Positions 13,791-29,818 of a stretch of DNA of 64,000 nt are shown here, one piece after another. Origin of the DNA: the human T2T-CHM13v2.0 reference genome, Homo sapiens; NCBI RefSeq assembly GCF_009914755.1, contig NC_060926.1, one strand, 5' to 3'. The notes beneath the pieces are model-generated. The model had not been told where the DNA came from and made no database searches. It saw only the letters and a list, made by a program, of their open reading frames with translations. Position numbers and translations under genes: made by a program. Every line of letters starts with the position of its first letter. Position 1 is the stretch's first letter.

Positions 13791-13918
13791 TCAGTCAGGG
13801 CCACAGCGCAGGAGGAAGCTGCCACCCCTACTGCTGTCGGAGGTTTGGGAAGTCATCAGTCAGGGCCAACAGCGCAGGAGGAAGCTGCCACCCCTACTGC
13901 TGTCGGAGGTGCGGGAAG
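13791..13918. repeat. Two-copy tandem duplication, 65-bp unit
   Basis: tcagtcagggcca(a)cagcgcaggaggaagctgccacccctactgctgtcggaggt..gggaag starting at 13791 and 13856. Confidence 0.95.
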
Positions 13919-16262
13919 GCAGGCGTGTGGGTCTCCTGCATTTTGCTCCGCACAGTCATGTGCCAACACCAAGCTGGGAAGAACACAGTCTATACAGTGA
14001 AATGAGCCAGGGTCTGAATTGCGGACCGACCCCTTGCTCTCTATGGTATTTGGGGCCCAGCTATCTGAACTTTGACGACCTGGTCTCCTCATTTGTAAAA
14101 TATGCCAGTAACACTCGTCATGGCCCTTGAGGAATTTCACTGCTGGCCCATGCGAGAAATTCAGCAAAGGTCACTGTTCTTCCCTGGAATGTCCTGCAGC
14201 CTTCGCCCAGCCAGGCCAATGAGGGGGCCTTCCTGATGGAGAGCAAAGTTAAAACCCCCGTTTCCTCAGCGGGGCGTCGGCCTCTCTGTGGGGCCTCACC
14301 CCAGCCTTTGTGCGTGACTCCTGCCCTTGACTACAGGAGAATTGGAGTTAGAGGGAGGACCACAGGGCAGGCAGATGGCAGACTCCTGGTTCCTGGGCCA
14401 CCTCTGCTCCTCACTGTCCTCTCCTCTCCCCAGAGCCTGAGGCCCCGCTGCACTTTGCTCATGCGTGCAGCGTCCCTGCCCCTTCCCGTCTCCCTCTAGC
14501 CAGTTCCCAACGCCCTGGGCTCTTTGCACTCAGGATCCTCAGGGCCGGGAAAGAACTCTGCTGCGCCAGGCAGGGCGGGGAGGTGCGGGGCTGAGGGCTG
14601 TCTTGGAAGGTGCTCAGTGATTGTGGGTAGGGGATGGGGGAAAGGAAGGGATAACTCGATGAATACCTGCATGAACTCAGACTGAGCCCTGGACTTTTCT
14701 TCCACTTACAAAATAAATGCATGCTGCCAGGCATCAGATGTCCAAGTCCTTAATTTTCAAAGAAAAGAGCATAAACCTTCTCTCAGAACAAACTAAGGTT
14801 TGAGGAAAGTGCACGATGGGGGAAGGAAACAGTGGGAAAGTCAGATCAAACCTTGTGTTTCTCAGAGGAGCTCTTTTTTTTTTATTGCCGCCCCCGCCCG
14901 AAGGATGTCTTATTTCCATGGGTCTTGGCCTCTGGGGTGTACCTCTCAGAGCATTTTCACACCGAGGGCTGTGCTGTTACTATGAAAGCTAAGTCAGGGG
15001 AATTCATCCAAGGTGAGACACGTGTACCTGGTGAGACCAGCTTGGCCCTTTCACAGCAGGACCAGAGGGAGACCAGCCACTGGGTCCCGGCCTGTGGTTA
15101 ATTTTGGAACCATTTTTCTCGTATTTATTTAGTGCTATTTGATGTGTTTCCCAGGCATCCATTGCCGGAGGCCAGTATGTTAAGGCAAGCAGCAGGAACG
15201 TGAGAACTTAGAGAAATGCAGCAGCTCCACTTCTCTGTAAAGGCGCTGAAGCAACTGCAGACTGGGAAGAAGGAGCCCCAGAGAGGCCTCATACCAAGAG
15301 GAGAGGGGCCAAGGAGGTGGCAGAAAGCCCATGTCCCCATGGAAAGTCTGTTTTCACTTGTTCTGTGTGGCTAGAACCTCCGTAGGTGTTTTGGAATATT
15401 TGGGTCATTTGAAACCTGCAGGTTATCAGGATGTACCCAGCCCTCCACACGGCAGGTGTCTCCCTGGAGGGTCCAGATGGCTGAGCCACCACTGTGTGCC
15501 CTGCTGGGACATGCCGAGCTCCCAAGAGATGGGGCAAGGGAGAGCAGGCACCCCCGGCTTGGGAGCCCTGCAGGAACAGGCATCGGACTGTGCTGGCTCT
15601 GCCATCCCCTTCCTGCAAGGCTGGCAGGCTGCAGGGATTCCGCCTCGCTGGCTGCCTCAAGATGCTGCCTGCTGGGCTTCTGACCCCAATGTCCTGGGAC
15701 CTCCTCAAGCCCTGTGGTCTGTGGCCCTTAGGTGGCCCTGCTCCAATTCTGCTTCCCAGGCTCTGACTGCTGGGGTGGGGAGAGTCATCCAGGGTGGCTT
15801 GGATTTGGAGAGCCTTCACCCAGAGTGCTCTGCTCCAGGCAAGCTGGGCATTCACAGACTAGACTCGGGGAGGATGCCAGGAGAGAGGAGGCCAGGCTGG
15901 GCATTCACCTGCTGCATCACGCCCACCAAGGGGATTGGGGATGGCAACCTGGCAGAGGATCCTGTCCTCAGCCACAGGTTCCTGTGAGAGGGAACTGTAT
16001 GGAATTGGGGTGGCATACCTGGGGCTCTGGGTGACCTTTACCTTGCAGCTGCCCAGCAACAAGGCTGCCCAAGGAGCATGGAAACGCTGCAGGCCTAAGG
16101 CAGTGACAGAGGACAAGCAGGGCCCCAGCCCTCCGAATGCGCCAGACCCTCATTGTTCACCTCCACCAGGTACCATCTCGAGTCCCTGGGCTGGTGTCCC
16201 ACCCTAGCTTCCACCTCTACAGGCTCCTCCTGCAGGCTGTGGCCTCACTCAGGCACCTAGAA

Positions 16263-16474
16263 CAGGGGCCAGCAAACCCAGTCCAGCCCACCATGTGGTT
16301 TGTAAATAAAGTATTACTGGAGTACACCATGCCCATTCATTTATGTATGGTCTATGGCCGCTCTGGGGCAATGACAGCAAAGGAGTATGGTGCTACCTAG
16401 AACGGAGACTACGTGACCCCATAGTCTAAAGTGTTGACGCTCCAGCCCTTTACAAAAAAGTTTGCCCATCCCTG
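16263..16474 (+). mobile_element. MER58A (hAT-Charlie MITE)
   Basis: TIRs caggggccagcaaac / gtttgcccatccctg; internal 'tttgtaaataaagtattactgga'; degenerate 8-bp TSD acctagaa/acacagaa. Confidence 0.85.
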
Positions 16475-17059
16475 ACACAGAATGTCTCTCCCCAGAGATT
16501 ACCTACTCTCAGTCCTCCCCAGCGTCTCACAGTGAATTCAGGACTATGGCCAAGGAGGCAGGGCTTCCAAACTCCCAGCCTCTGTCCTCAGCAATGCTCT
16601 GTGCAAACTATCCCTCCTGCTCTTCCACATGGGATCCACCAGGCCTGCTCTTGGAAGGAACCGTGCCTTTAGTTTTAAGTCTTTGTTGCATGACCAAACG
16701 AATGTACAAGTGTGTGACCCGGATGGTGAGTGTTCCTGGTTCTTTCTAAGCCGTGGTTGAAGGTGTCCTTGAATAACGGAGCATCTTAATTTAGCTCCTC
16801 CTCATCTAATCCACACATTAATAAGAAAATGAAAGGGTGCCTTTGGAAATTATAGCCTGGAGGAGAAATCAATTATTTACAACTCATATTCAGTTAAGTA
16901 AGCACACTGAATGCCTAGCGAGATTTCTCCCCGGGACTAACGCTAACGCATTAAGGCCACACTCAGGCACAGTTTGCAGCGGATGCAGCCCCTCATCCCC
17001 TACCAGGTCCTCACACTCTCTGCTCTTACCACACCCCAACCTACCTGCCTCCTGGTTAC

Positions 17060-17955
17060 CTGAAGGTGGCTCACCTTTATGAACTCTTTCCCCCTGATTT
17101 AAGTAGTTGCCCTGCTGTGGGAGGAGTGCATCTCTGCCCCATTTATACATGGGCACATGCTACATCCATGGACTTGTTTTGGCAAAAGGAGACTAAGTGC
17201 AAGTTATATATGCCACATCCAAGCCAAAGCTTAAAAAGCAATTGCATCTCACCTTGCTTTTCCCTGGCTCCTGCAGTGCCTACTCCTTCAGTCAGGTCTG
17301 GAAGGAGGAGATGTTGGAATCAGAGCCAAACAGAGACAAGCGGTACAACCAACCTCAGCACGGAGAGGACCAGAATATGCCCCCACCAAAACATGCCTCT
17401 TTTGCACGAGGAATGTTGAGCTGAAGGCAATTAAGAAGAAGCTGAGGCAGGAGAGCTCTCTGCTCTCCCTCTTGCCTAAAAGCAGGACGTATATTTACAA
17501 ACACAGAAGGTAACCCACCACCTTCCCCTCTCTACCAAGGAGGACAGAGGTTAAGCACTGAAGACAACTTGAGACCCTTGACTGCCGGGAGATGTTAGCA
17601 AGCTCAGCTGAAGAGTCTCATCTGCCATTTGTTTGCCTCAAGGACTCAGAGTCCTTCCCTTGTCTTGTCACTTCTCTAAAAATGTACAATTCTTTGTTGA
17701 AGATGTTGAATAAGCTAGAATCCAAAGCCACCCCTTTGAGGATTACACATCCCCTGAGTGTCTCCCATGAAATATGCATGTTAATAAATTTGTTTTGCTT
17801 TTGTTCTACTCCAAATAAGAACTCATGAGGGTTGGGGAGAAAATTATTTTTCCTTCCCTACAATGCCAACATGTAACATGAGCTAGAAATAAATGTTATC
17901 CCAAGTCACTGAGATTTCAGGGTTGTTTGTTATGCAGTCAAGTTGGCTAACATAG
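17060..17955 (+). mobile_element. Old MaLR LTR (MLT1I/J-like) split by a MER34 insertion
   Basis: 'atggacttgttttggc...atgccacatccaagccaaagcttaa' on the left; 'aataaatgtt..aagtcactgagatttcagggttgtttgttatgcag' on the right. Confidence 0.55.
17360..17862 (+). mobile_element. MER34-type ERV1 solo LTR
   Basis: 5' 'gaggaccagaatatgcccccaccaaaacatgcctc..gagctgaaggcaattaagaag'; 3' 'attatttttccttccctaca'. Confidence 0.75.
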
Positions 17956-18019
17956 ACTTTGGAACTTTCCAGGACTTTTCTTCCCTAAAACAACCTTACC
18001 CTTCTGATGGTTTTGAGAA

Positions 18020-18850
<831 letters not shown>

Positions 18851-19299
18851 GTATCAGCTCTCTCAAATGTATCCCTGTATTCCAGAACTGTCTTCTATCT
18901 ACCAGAGGTCTTCGTAGCGGTCATAGAGGCACCTCAAGTTCAACATAATCAAAAATAAATTCACCATCTTCCCTAAAATACTGTTTTCTGTTCCCAGCGT
19001 TCCAGTGGCAGTTTGTGCCATGTCTATGGGATGAAGCTGGAACGACACTTCCCAGGATACCTGACCTGTGTGGTTCCAGGCAGCACTGGCCACAGGACAC
19101 ATTGTGCATAAGTGTTGGAAGGTGGAGCAGCAGCAGAGCCACATGTGTGATTCTGTGAAGGTTGCTGCGGGGTGCAGGATCGCACCAATGGCTGGACAGC
19201 TCACCCTGTGGGCCTGGACAGCACACAAACCTGCCCCTTCTCATCCTGGGCCTGTGGGAACAGCTCCATAGAGAAGGTCACCAGCTTTCTGTGCAAGTT

Positions 19300-20245
<946 letters not shown>

Positions 20246-23143
20246 GGTTCAATACAAGGCAGATGGTAGGGCCTTGGGGACTCACCCCTGACCATGCAGG
20301 GGTGATGGGGTCAAAGCCAGCAGGGTTCCCTGTTTGTGCAGACGGACCTGTGGGCATTGGGAACAGCTCTAGGAGGGGCGCTGGGTGAGGCCTGGGCATG
20401 GGCCCTCCTCAAAAAAGCAAAAAGGGCAATAGGGGAGCACAGACAACTTAAGGGGGGCCCACATAGAGGGAAAACCCTCAGTGGAGAGAGGAAGTCAAAG
20501 GTGAGCCTTCCAAATGCTTGCCGCATAGGCTGCGGAACAGACTATGCTGGGCCAGGTGGCACCAGGCCCAAGCCAGGGGCGGCTGCACACAGGGACCTAG
20601 ATATCTTCGGCCCACTGCATCACATCTTGGCCCTTTGGTTTCCCCCACTGTGTAAAGACAGCAGCAAATCAGAGGATGGCTCTCTGAGGTCCTTTTAAGC
20701 TCTGACATAAAAACTGTGCTTTTGTGCTTTGCAGTTTCTTCCGCCAGCTGTTTCTGCATTTTCTAAAAGAAAATCAACGTGCTTGTGCATCTTTCCTTCT
20801 GCCATGCTCTTTCCCACCACAACCCCTCTCATGAATTATGCAAACTGCGTTCACCACCCAAGGTGAGGCTAATTAAAAATGTTAAATGAGACTTTAAATG
20901 GAGTGTCTACCACCACTTCATCTTGGTTAAGGCTGGTGAGCGACTGTCATCCTCACCACAGAGCGTCCTGCCCAGATCCCAGATGCACGCTGTCATTAAC
21001 AGTGATTAACAGGCACAGAACACATAGCACTTAAAGGTGCACGATGAATACTAAAACCGCGGAGTGGTAGAATCATTCTGGGGTTGTTTAGATGTTGCCT
21101 CCCCTTCATCCCCACAATCACACAAACTTTCATTAGCATAACTTCAAATTTCTAGTGCCCACTTCAGCTGCTAATGAATTTAATGAAAAGTGCCCCCAGG
21201 GTTGGTCTCTCAAAAATTCCTCTTTATTTTGTGGAAAAGACATTTAGAACTATAGCAAGAAAAATCCCAGCTACAAAACGGAAGCAGCCATTCAACAGTA
21301 TCAGTCCCTACAAATGCAATCAAAATGACACTTTAAAAAATGCAAAAGCGCCGCTGACACCCAGCAATCTGACTCTTCTAGAAACAGCCTCTTCCCTGGC
21401 TTTTGTGACAATGCCTCTCTCACACCACCTTCCCACATCTCCAGCCTCCCCAGCTGCTCCTCAGCCTCTGTGGCACTCACCCTCCTGGGCCCTGACTCAA
21501 GATGTCTGAGCTTCTCAGAATGCCTCTGTCCTCACTTCTTACCTCCACATGTGTCATGCTGGCCAACCCCAGCCACAGCCACCACCTGCACACCAGGAAC
21601 TCATCCATTACTTGCCCAGTGCCAACCTCGCATGTGGCCTCCAGACCTGCTGACCTGCCATCCTGCTCTACCTCAACATGACGGCATTATGAGGAGTGAG
21701 AAACATAGGAAGTAAATCCATCAAGCTTTTCATACAAGAATGTAGATAAACAACAACAACATTGACAAAATAAACCCAAGGATCACACAAGGTACAGAGA
21801 AAGAAGCACATGAAGACAACCACACAACCAACTTTACTTAAAGAACAAAGATGTAACTATCATAAACAAAATACACACAACTCACATCCAATAGTTACCA
21901 AGTTTTATTCCCAAAATGCAAGGATAATTTAGAGTATGTGTTGTCTTTTTTCCCTATTGAGTCCTACGTTCGCAAAGCAGAGCAGGAAAAGCAGAGCTAT
22001 GGGGCAGGCGCCTGCCTCTGGAACCATCCATCAGAGCCTTGAGTTTGGAATCCAGCAATGAGAGCAGACCTCCCTGCATCTTAGCTCCACAAGCTCCAGA
22101 GCCCTGCATCTTCATAAAGGGTGCTTGACAAAGTCTTAAGGAATGAATGAATATATGACACTGATGTGATGTGGTCAATGAAATGCTAATGTTTTATAGT
22201 TTCAGTTTTCTTCATTAGATAACAGCCTTCATGCTTTCTCATTAAATGTGTGGTGGAGGTAATTCACAATGTTTACATAAGGAGATCCAGGCACAATGCA
22301 ATCCAGGGCCCACACAGAGCCACTAAGCTAGTGAGTATGGGGACAGCTCCAGCCCGGGTCTTTCAGGCAAATTCAGCACTGTGTTTCTTCCGGAGCTTCG
22401 CATGGAGCAAAGCCATCCAAAGCTAACCCCAAGAAGCTTGCTCTGCAAAAAGCATGCTTAGAAATGCTATTTGGGAAGGTCACGTTGTATGTTAGCATGT
22501 CCATAGCTTGGAGAAGTCCTGCAAAAAGGAAACCTCCTTAATAGTCCCCAAAGTTACTAAAACACCAGCTAATTTTCTTTTTCTGCAATACCCACCAACA
22601 TCAAGGATAAACAATTTGGGCAGCTGTCCTTTGCTAACAGTGAAAACAGCCCACATGCAGGTATTAATGGTTAGTAGCCTAATTTGTTCTGCCAGCCTGG
22701 GGATTTGGCATTTCAATCACCCAATAAAAGTGGAAATTCTGTAATGGTGGGAAGTGCAATCCACCTGCTAAGCAGGAGGAGCTGATTGCTTTTTGGATAA
22801 ATGTTCTCTGAAACGTTAGCCCACAAGGAAGTCCTGAAAGTCAGTTCTGGGCAGCAGGAGGAGAAGTGGAGCAGTAGGGACCACCCAGGGGAACCAGTGC
22901 AGAGGCCTGGGGGAGCCCCGGCAGGGACAGATTTAAAAAGAACCAAGTTCCGTTCGCGTCAGTACTTCACCAAGCCTGGGCATGTCTGGGCCTCAGGTTC
23001 TCATGTGTAAAGTGAGAAGTGATTATCCAGTCTTTGCTGATGTCTACAAACATGGTGCTCAGTAAGTATTTACTCAGCATCTACTCTGCAGAAGAAGCAG
23101 TCCTTGTTCCCAAGGAGTTTCAGCCAAGGAGAGAGAAGAGTCA

Positions 23144-23585
<442 letters not shown>

Positions 23586-25279
23586 TTAGAGCTGGATTAT
23601 TAGATGTGAGCCTATGATAACAGCAGACAACGTGAAGGCACCCCCAACACACACCAGAAAAATTAAAAGAGAAAGAAGAAAGGAAATGCTCTTTCTGGCT
23701 GCAGGGGTATAATCGATGACGTAGATCACTTTTTTTGTAAAGAATTCCTCTCCATTGTACAACCCAACCAGCCATGTCTCTGAGCTATGCACCATGCTGT
23801 GTACAGAATATATTTATATCCCTTAATCCCCATGCTCTCTGGGCTAATACTTCCTTAATCTGAAATAGTTTTCCTTTTAGTGCATTCCTCCTTGCTTCTT
23901 AAGCATGTCACTCTAAAGAAATAGAGCCAGTGCACACACGAACTTGAAAATTTAGCTCTGTTCCCAAATTACTAAAATCAGCATCCACTGACAATTCCAT
24001 TTTCTTTACAACAGGTCAAAATGTTGAACAGCAGCCGAAAACAGGTATCCCAGAATGAAAAGCACCCAGCAGACAAGCAGTTCCCAGCTCTCTAAGCCTC
24101 CCCCTCCTCCTCCGTAAAGTCAGACCCATATTGCCTGCCCAGGGAGCCCCTGCAAGGAAATACCAGGACATATGTGACAGCTGTTTGATATATAAGCCAT
24201 CTCACAAGGGAAGATGACTGTTATTACTATCTAAACAGATAAATGGAGGTATCTGTGTTGATAGTACATTGTATTATTCTCAGTAGAAACATTAAGTTAA
24301 TCAGCTCTTGAGAGTTAAATCCTATGACTGGGCAAGGCCTAGAAAAGGAGCAGATTTGGGAAGGGGAGAGAAAATAGGCTTGGTTTTGGTGTAGGAGCTA
24401 GGGATTAGGGAGCAGGTAGGACCACAGACGGACACCAGAGACCCAGTTCCTAGTCACCCACGTGCGTCCAGCACCTCATCCTCCAGTCTCCCCTGAGACA
24501 GCGCTTCTGCATCCCAGCCATGGCCATCGACCCTTGCACGGGCGCAGATCCAGGTGCAAGCTCTTCAGCCTCTCCCTATCTGCTGGGTCATCCTCACCAG
24601 CAATCAGCCATGCTCTGGACTGTCTCATGGAAAAACAAACAATGCCTTCTAAAGACTTCCTCATTTCTCTTGTTATTTTTTTCTCACATAAAACTTTCCA
24701 AAAGAATTCTCCAACTCTCTGCCTCTACTTCCCCTCCCACTCGCTCTGCTACTTTCTCTAGATGAGCCTCAGTTCCTCCCCACCATACTGACCTCTCATG
24801 ATATTCAGTGCAGGGGAATGTTCCCTCTGAAAATCCGTGTCCTCTTGGCTCCTGCGACACCATCCACTTTCTCTCCTGTCCCTGGCCCTCCTCCTCCAGC
24901 CTCACCAAGTGCACCCTGCCCCTCTTTCCTACATGTCTGTCCCTCTTCTCAAACACCTTCAGGCAGTTGCTCTTGGGGTTCCTTCTACCCACAAAGTGCA
25001 TCCTAGGGCAGCCCCTCCTCCTGTTTGTGCTCCTTCCCATTCCCTGAGTATCTCTCTCATGGCACAGTATGCAATTATCTTGTTTCTATATCATTCAGCT
25101 GTCTGCAGCCTGTCCTCCTTCTGGGATGTAAGGTCCTTTTGGATAGACACCACATTTGTCTGCTATCAGTACCTGCTGCTGTATTCTACCTCAATACAGC
25201 ATAGAAACTCAATAAACATTTTCTGAATGAATGCATAAATTCACTCATTCATTCATTTATTAAAGCACAGAGAATAGCC

Positions 25280-25650
25280 ATGTATCCGTCAACATAAGCT
25301 GGGCTGAGCTACTGCAACAAACAACTCCCAAACCTCTGAGGCTCAAAACAATACAGGTTTATTTTGTTGGTGAAACTATAAAGCCACTGTGGGTTAGCAG
25401 GGGAATTCTACTCGCTGTGGTTGTGTAAGGAGCCAGATGGACAGGACAGCTACCAGGCCAGAGAGGGGAAGAAATCCCTGGAGGGCTGCAGGGCAGCAGT
25501 TAAATGTCCCAGCTGCAACAGGATACCCTTCACTTCCACTCACAGCTCACTGCTCAGATCCAACCACAGAGCCCCCCAAGCACAAGAAGATGAGAAAGAG
25601 CAGCCTTCTATGTGCCAAGGGAATGGCAAGCCTGGTGTCAGAGCAGCGCT
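25280..25650 (-). mobile_element. Old MaLR LTR (MLT1J/K-like)
   Basis: 'gctactgcaacaaacaactcccaaacctctgaggctcaaaacaatacaggtttattt' matches the MLT1 reverse-strand terminus; boundaries approximate. Confidence 0.55.
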
Positions 25651-26871
25651 AGGACTGCCACAGCCATGAATTGGGACACTGGGAGGGGTCGCAAAGAGTG
25701 AGAGGATAATCAGAAAGCATTTCAAAGATGCAGTGCTCAGTAATCCTCACTCCTGCAGAAGGAACAAAGAAGAGGAGATCTGCGAGTGTTCATCACATTT
25801 GGCAACTAATTGGTGACTCTGGACATGAAGTGCTAGTGCACTGGGGATGTGTCAGAGGCCAAACTCACTAGGTTGAGCAAAAGAGAGAAGTGAAGAAGCA
25901 AACACACAACAATAGACAACATTTTCAGGAAATGCGACGGCTGAGGAGGAATTGAGGCAGTAGCTGGAGAAAGACAACGGGCCAAAGTGGTGATGCTCCT
26001 GGGTAAAAAGACAGTCATGTATGCATTGGGGAGGACAGGCTAGAGCCCCCAAAGATGAAATAGATGGAAATGAAGGAAATGGAGCTAGTGGCTCTTCTGC
26101 AAGCTTTGGAGTGGGAATGGAAAAAGGTAGCAATTTAGGGGCGATGAGCCTCTGGCTGGGGTGGGCTGGGAATGGGACCAAGATCCTGGCAGCTCTGCGG
26201 GGACCCCGATGAACCCCTGCAGGACTTTTTCAGCTGTTGCAGGATCATCATCTTACATTCTGCTCACTCAACAGATCAGAAGCTGCAGCTGTGAGAGAAG
26301 GAGGCCCGGATGACAAATAACCGTTAAAGTAATTTTCCTGGGTCAAGTAATTACTGCCCCACAAAGATGAGAAGGCTTGAAAGGAGAAGGGTACAGCCAA
26401 TAGCAGTCAGAGCACACATGCTGAGGCTAAGCAGCCAGAGAGGTGGAGGGAGATACATGTCGGGAAGGGGATGGGCAGAGTGACCAGAAAGGTCAGTCCC
26501 AAGGGTGGACGAGTCAGATGGGCAAGGTCAGCACAGATCCAGCTGCCTCGTCCAGGCTGGCATGCAGGCCGGCAATGACAGAGCAACCGAGGTTGTGCTT
26601 AGTATTTTTTAATTTTTTCATTTTTAAAATCAAAGAATTCCTTTTTTTAACTAATTTAGTAAAAGGATTTAAAACAATATCTGGGATACGAGGGCCTCAG
26701 TAATTATTTGTTAAGTGAATGATGGAATGGGAATGTTCTATAGTATCCCTCAAATTTTCTTCAGTTCCCTAAATTTCATTTCACTTACTAAATAGAAATA
26801 ATGATTCCTTCCTTATATTGTTATTCTGAAAGAAATAAGATCATGTTACACAAAGTGCTTTATTAATAGTA

Positions 26872-27985
26872 GCTGTGGTGGTAGTGGTGGTGGTGGTGAT
26901 GGTTGTGATAGTGATAATGATGGTGATGGTGGTGGTGGCGATGGTGGTGGTAGTGGTGACAGTGGTGGTCATGGTGATGGTGGTCATGGTGGTAGTGACA
27001 GTAATGGTGATGGTGGTGGTAGTAATGATGATGGTGGTGGTGATGGTAGTGATAGTGATAATGATGGTGATGGTGATGGTGATAGTGATGATGGTGATGG
27101 TGGTGATAGTGGTAATGGTGGTGATAATGATGATGCTGGTGACAGTGGTGATGGTGGTAGTTTTGGTGATGTTGATTATGATAGTCATGGTGGTGGTAGT
27201 GATGGTGGTGGTGGTGATAGTGATGGTGGTGGTGGTAGTGATGGTGGTGGTGATAGTGGTGGTGGTAGCGATGGTGGTGGTGGTAAGGATGGTGGTGATG
27301 GTGGCAGTGGGTGACGGTGGTGATGGTGGTGGTAGTAGTGATGATGGTGATGGTGGTGATAGTGATGATGATGGTGGCAATGGTGGTGATAGTGGTGATG
27401 ATGTGTGATGCTGATGATGACAATGGTCGTGGCAATGATGATAGTGATGGTGGTGATGGTAGTGATGGTGGTGGTGGTGGTAGTGATAGTGATGATGGTG
27501 ATAGTGGTCACAGTCGTGGTGGTGGTAGGGATGGTGGCGGTGGCAATGGTGGTAGTGGTGACAGTGGTGGTCATGGTGGCAGTGATAGTAATGGTAATGG
27601 TGGTGGTAGTAGGGATGGTGATGGTGGTGATAGTGGTTTTGGTGATGGTGGTGATGACAGTGATGGTGGTGATAGTAATAGTGGTGGTGGTGATAATAGT
27701 GATGGTGGCAATGATGGTGGTGGTGGTGGTGATAGTGATGGTGGTGATTGTGGTGGTGGTGGTGGTAGTGATGGTGGTGGTGGTAGGGATGGTGGTGATG
27801 GTGGCGCTGGGTGATGGTGGTGATGGTGGTGGTCATGGTGATGGTGGTGGTCATGGTGATGGTGGTCATGGTGGCAGTGACAGGGATGGTGATGTGGTGG
27901 CAGTGATGATGGTGGTGGTGATAGTGGTGGTGATGATGATAGTGATGGTGATGGTAATGGTGATGGTGGTGGTGGTGGTGGTAGT
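26872..27985. repeat. About 1.1-kb imperfect (TGG/TGA)n trinucleotide repeat
   Basis: Continuous GGT/GAT/AGT triplets; source of the poly-V/M, poly-G/D, poly-H and poly-T ORFs. Confidence 0.97.
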
Positions 27986-29818
27986 GTTCATTACTGTAGT
28001 TAAGACTGTGTTGCAGATTGTTGAAGCTGTTGAAAGCCTAACCTTAGAGTATAAAGACCTTCATTTTGGTGGGGGAAAAAGGATCTTTACATCCACCTCT
28101 CCTCTGTAAGTGGGCCTGTATGTAAAACTTTCCAGGACAAGTGAGAAATGGTGGCACTCTTTTAAAACCTCTGTGAGATGATTAGCAATTAGCTTTTGTG
28201 GTCTAACCTTTAAACCCTCCCTCTACAGTGAAGAAACAAAGCCCTTGAATGTGTATATGCTCTTAGGGCTCCATGTGACCAAGATGAATAATGATGTACT
28301 CAGTTTAGACAATATGTACATGAATATGGTTCTTGAAAAATCAAACCAATTTTTGAAAATTAAATCTTATTTTATATTTATTTAAGGAGGTGGATATTTA
28401 TGAATAAGTCTCCCTGTTTCTTTATAAAAGATTCAATTTTCACATATTGGGTTCATTTAAAGGAAGGGGCAGCATCTGTCTTCATTGACTGTCTCTATGA
28501 CCTTCCCAGGCCTGAGACAGGCTTCAGAGAGTAGCAGACAAGTTCTGGGCACTGCTCCTGACCTTATGGAGCTCTGTGGCACCATCCTTGGTAGCTCCCA
28601 AGCCTACACGTGAGGTCTTTGTGCTTTCTGAGGAGCCACCTCTTCTACCATTAGTAGGGGTTTCTAAAGGATTGGTCCTTGGTGGAAAAGACCCAGATGG
28701 GAATCTCATCTGTTCTTAGTTATGTTAGCTTTCTTGGGACTCAGAAGAAGTCCTTAGTGTGAGCTGGTCAGGGACTATTGGGATTATTAGTTTTATTACC
28801 ATTGTATAAATGAACAGAGCAGCAGATCTGAACCCAGAACCAGGTCTCTTCACCCAAAGGCAGGTGGGCTTTCACCCTCCCTACCCTCAGCTGCTCTAAG
28901 GGTAGACCAGTTACATTGGTCCCACTGGCCCATTCTCTGAGAGTAGACCAGTTACACCACCACCATCATGCCAGACCACCAGAGATGTGATCTCACCTAA
29001 GCATCCTTAATTTGGGGCCAGATATGTCTCTTTCCTCCTGAGTCTTTAAAAAGATGTGTTAGATAAAATAAACTGAAAAATTAAAGGATATTCAATTCAA
29101 CTGAACAAATACTATAAAGCAGCCTCCACTAAGCACTGGAATTCTGGTGATGCCTTCAAGGAACTCAGAGTCAAGTTGGCACAGAAGAACAAACAAACTA
29201 AGACTTGCTGCCACATGCGGGAGCCGAGGTGCCCACACTCACCACCCAGGGCCAACAGGTCTCTTCATCTGGGGCCTGGAGGTGGGGAGACTTCCCAGGG
29301 ATGTGGCACTTGCATGGGGTGTTGAAGGCAAGCAGGAGTTCACCAGGGCTTCAAGTGGCTGGCAAGCTTCTGGTCAACCTGAGCAGCCTGGGCTCACTGG
29401 GCAGAGATGTTATTATAATGACGATGTCACAATTTGGCTGGGAGTGGATGGCCCACAGACTGCTTCCCTGGCTTCAGCCCTGCCTGGACCACTGCTTGAA
29501 AACCACTGATTCCCTGACCTTGGGGCTCGCACCTCCTGCTCTCCTGCTCTCCTGCCCTCCTGCCCTCCTGCCCTCCTGCGGGGACAGTGCTCACTCTACA
29601 GGAGGTTGTGAAGCAGAAGGCATGCACGTTCCAGCCCTCAGGTCACAGGGCTCAGGCTGGGACAGGGCCTCACCATCTCAGAGTCCAGAGGGAGAGCCAC
29701 TCTCCACATCCAGATCCCAAGGTGGAGCCCACGACCCACGAGCCCATCTGTCCCCCTCTCCAGCCTCAGACACCTCCTGGGCTCCATCCTTCCATTCTGA
29801 ACCCATCCCAGGGAACAG

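Noticed and set aside
13791-13918. CRISPR-like or other prokaryotic repeat system
   Set aside because: Only two adjacent copies, no unique spacers, no cas genes; the DNA is human.
14573-14597. Canonical G-quadruplex motif (another at 44408-44438)
   Set aside because: Real pattern, but common in GC-rich human DNA and without supporting context.
26841-28109. Long His/Thr-, Val/Met- and Gly/Asp-rich ORFs up to 342 aa
   Set aside because: All are translations of the TGG/TGA simple repeat, open in several frames on both strands.
28894-28958. About 22-bp direct repeat ending GTAGACCAGTTACA, about 40 bp apart
   Set aside because: Ordinary short local duplication with no further structure.
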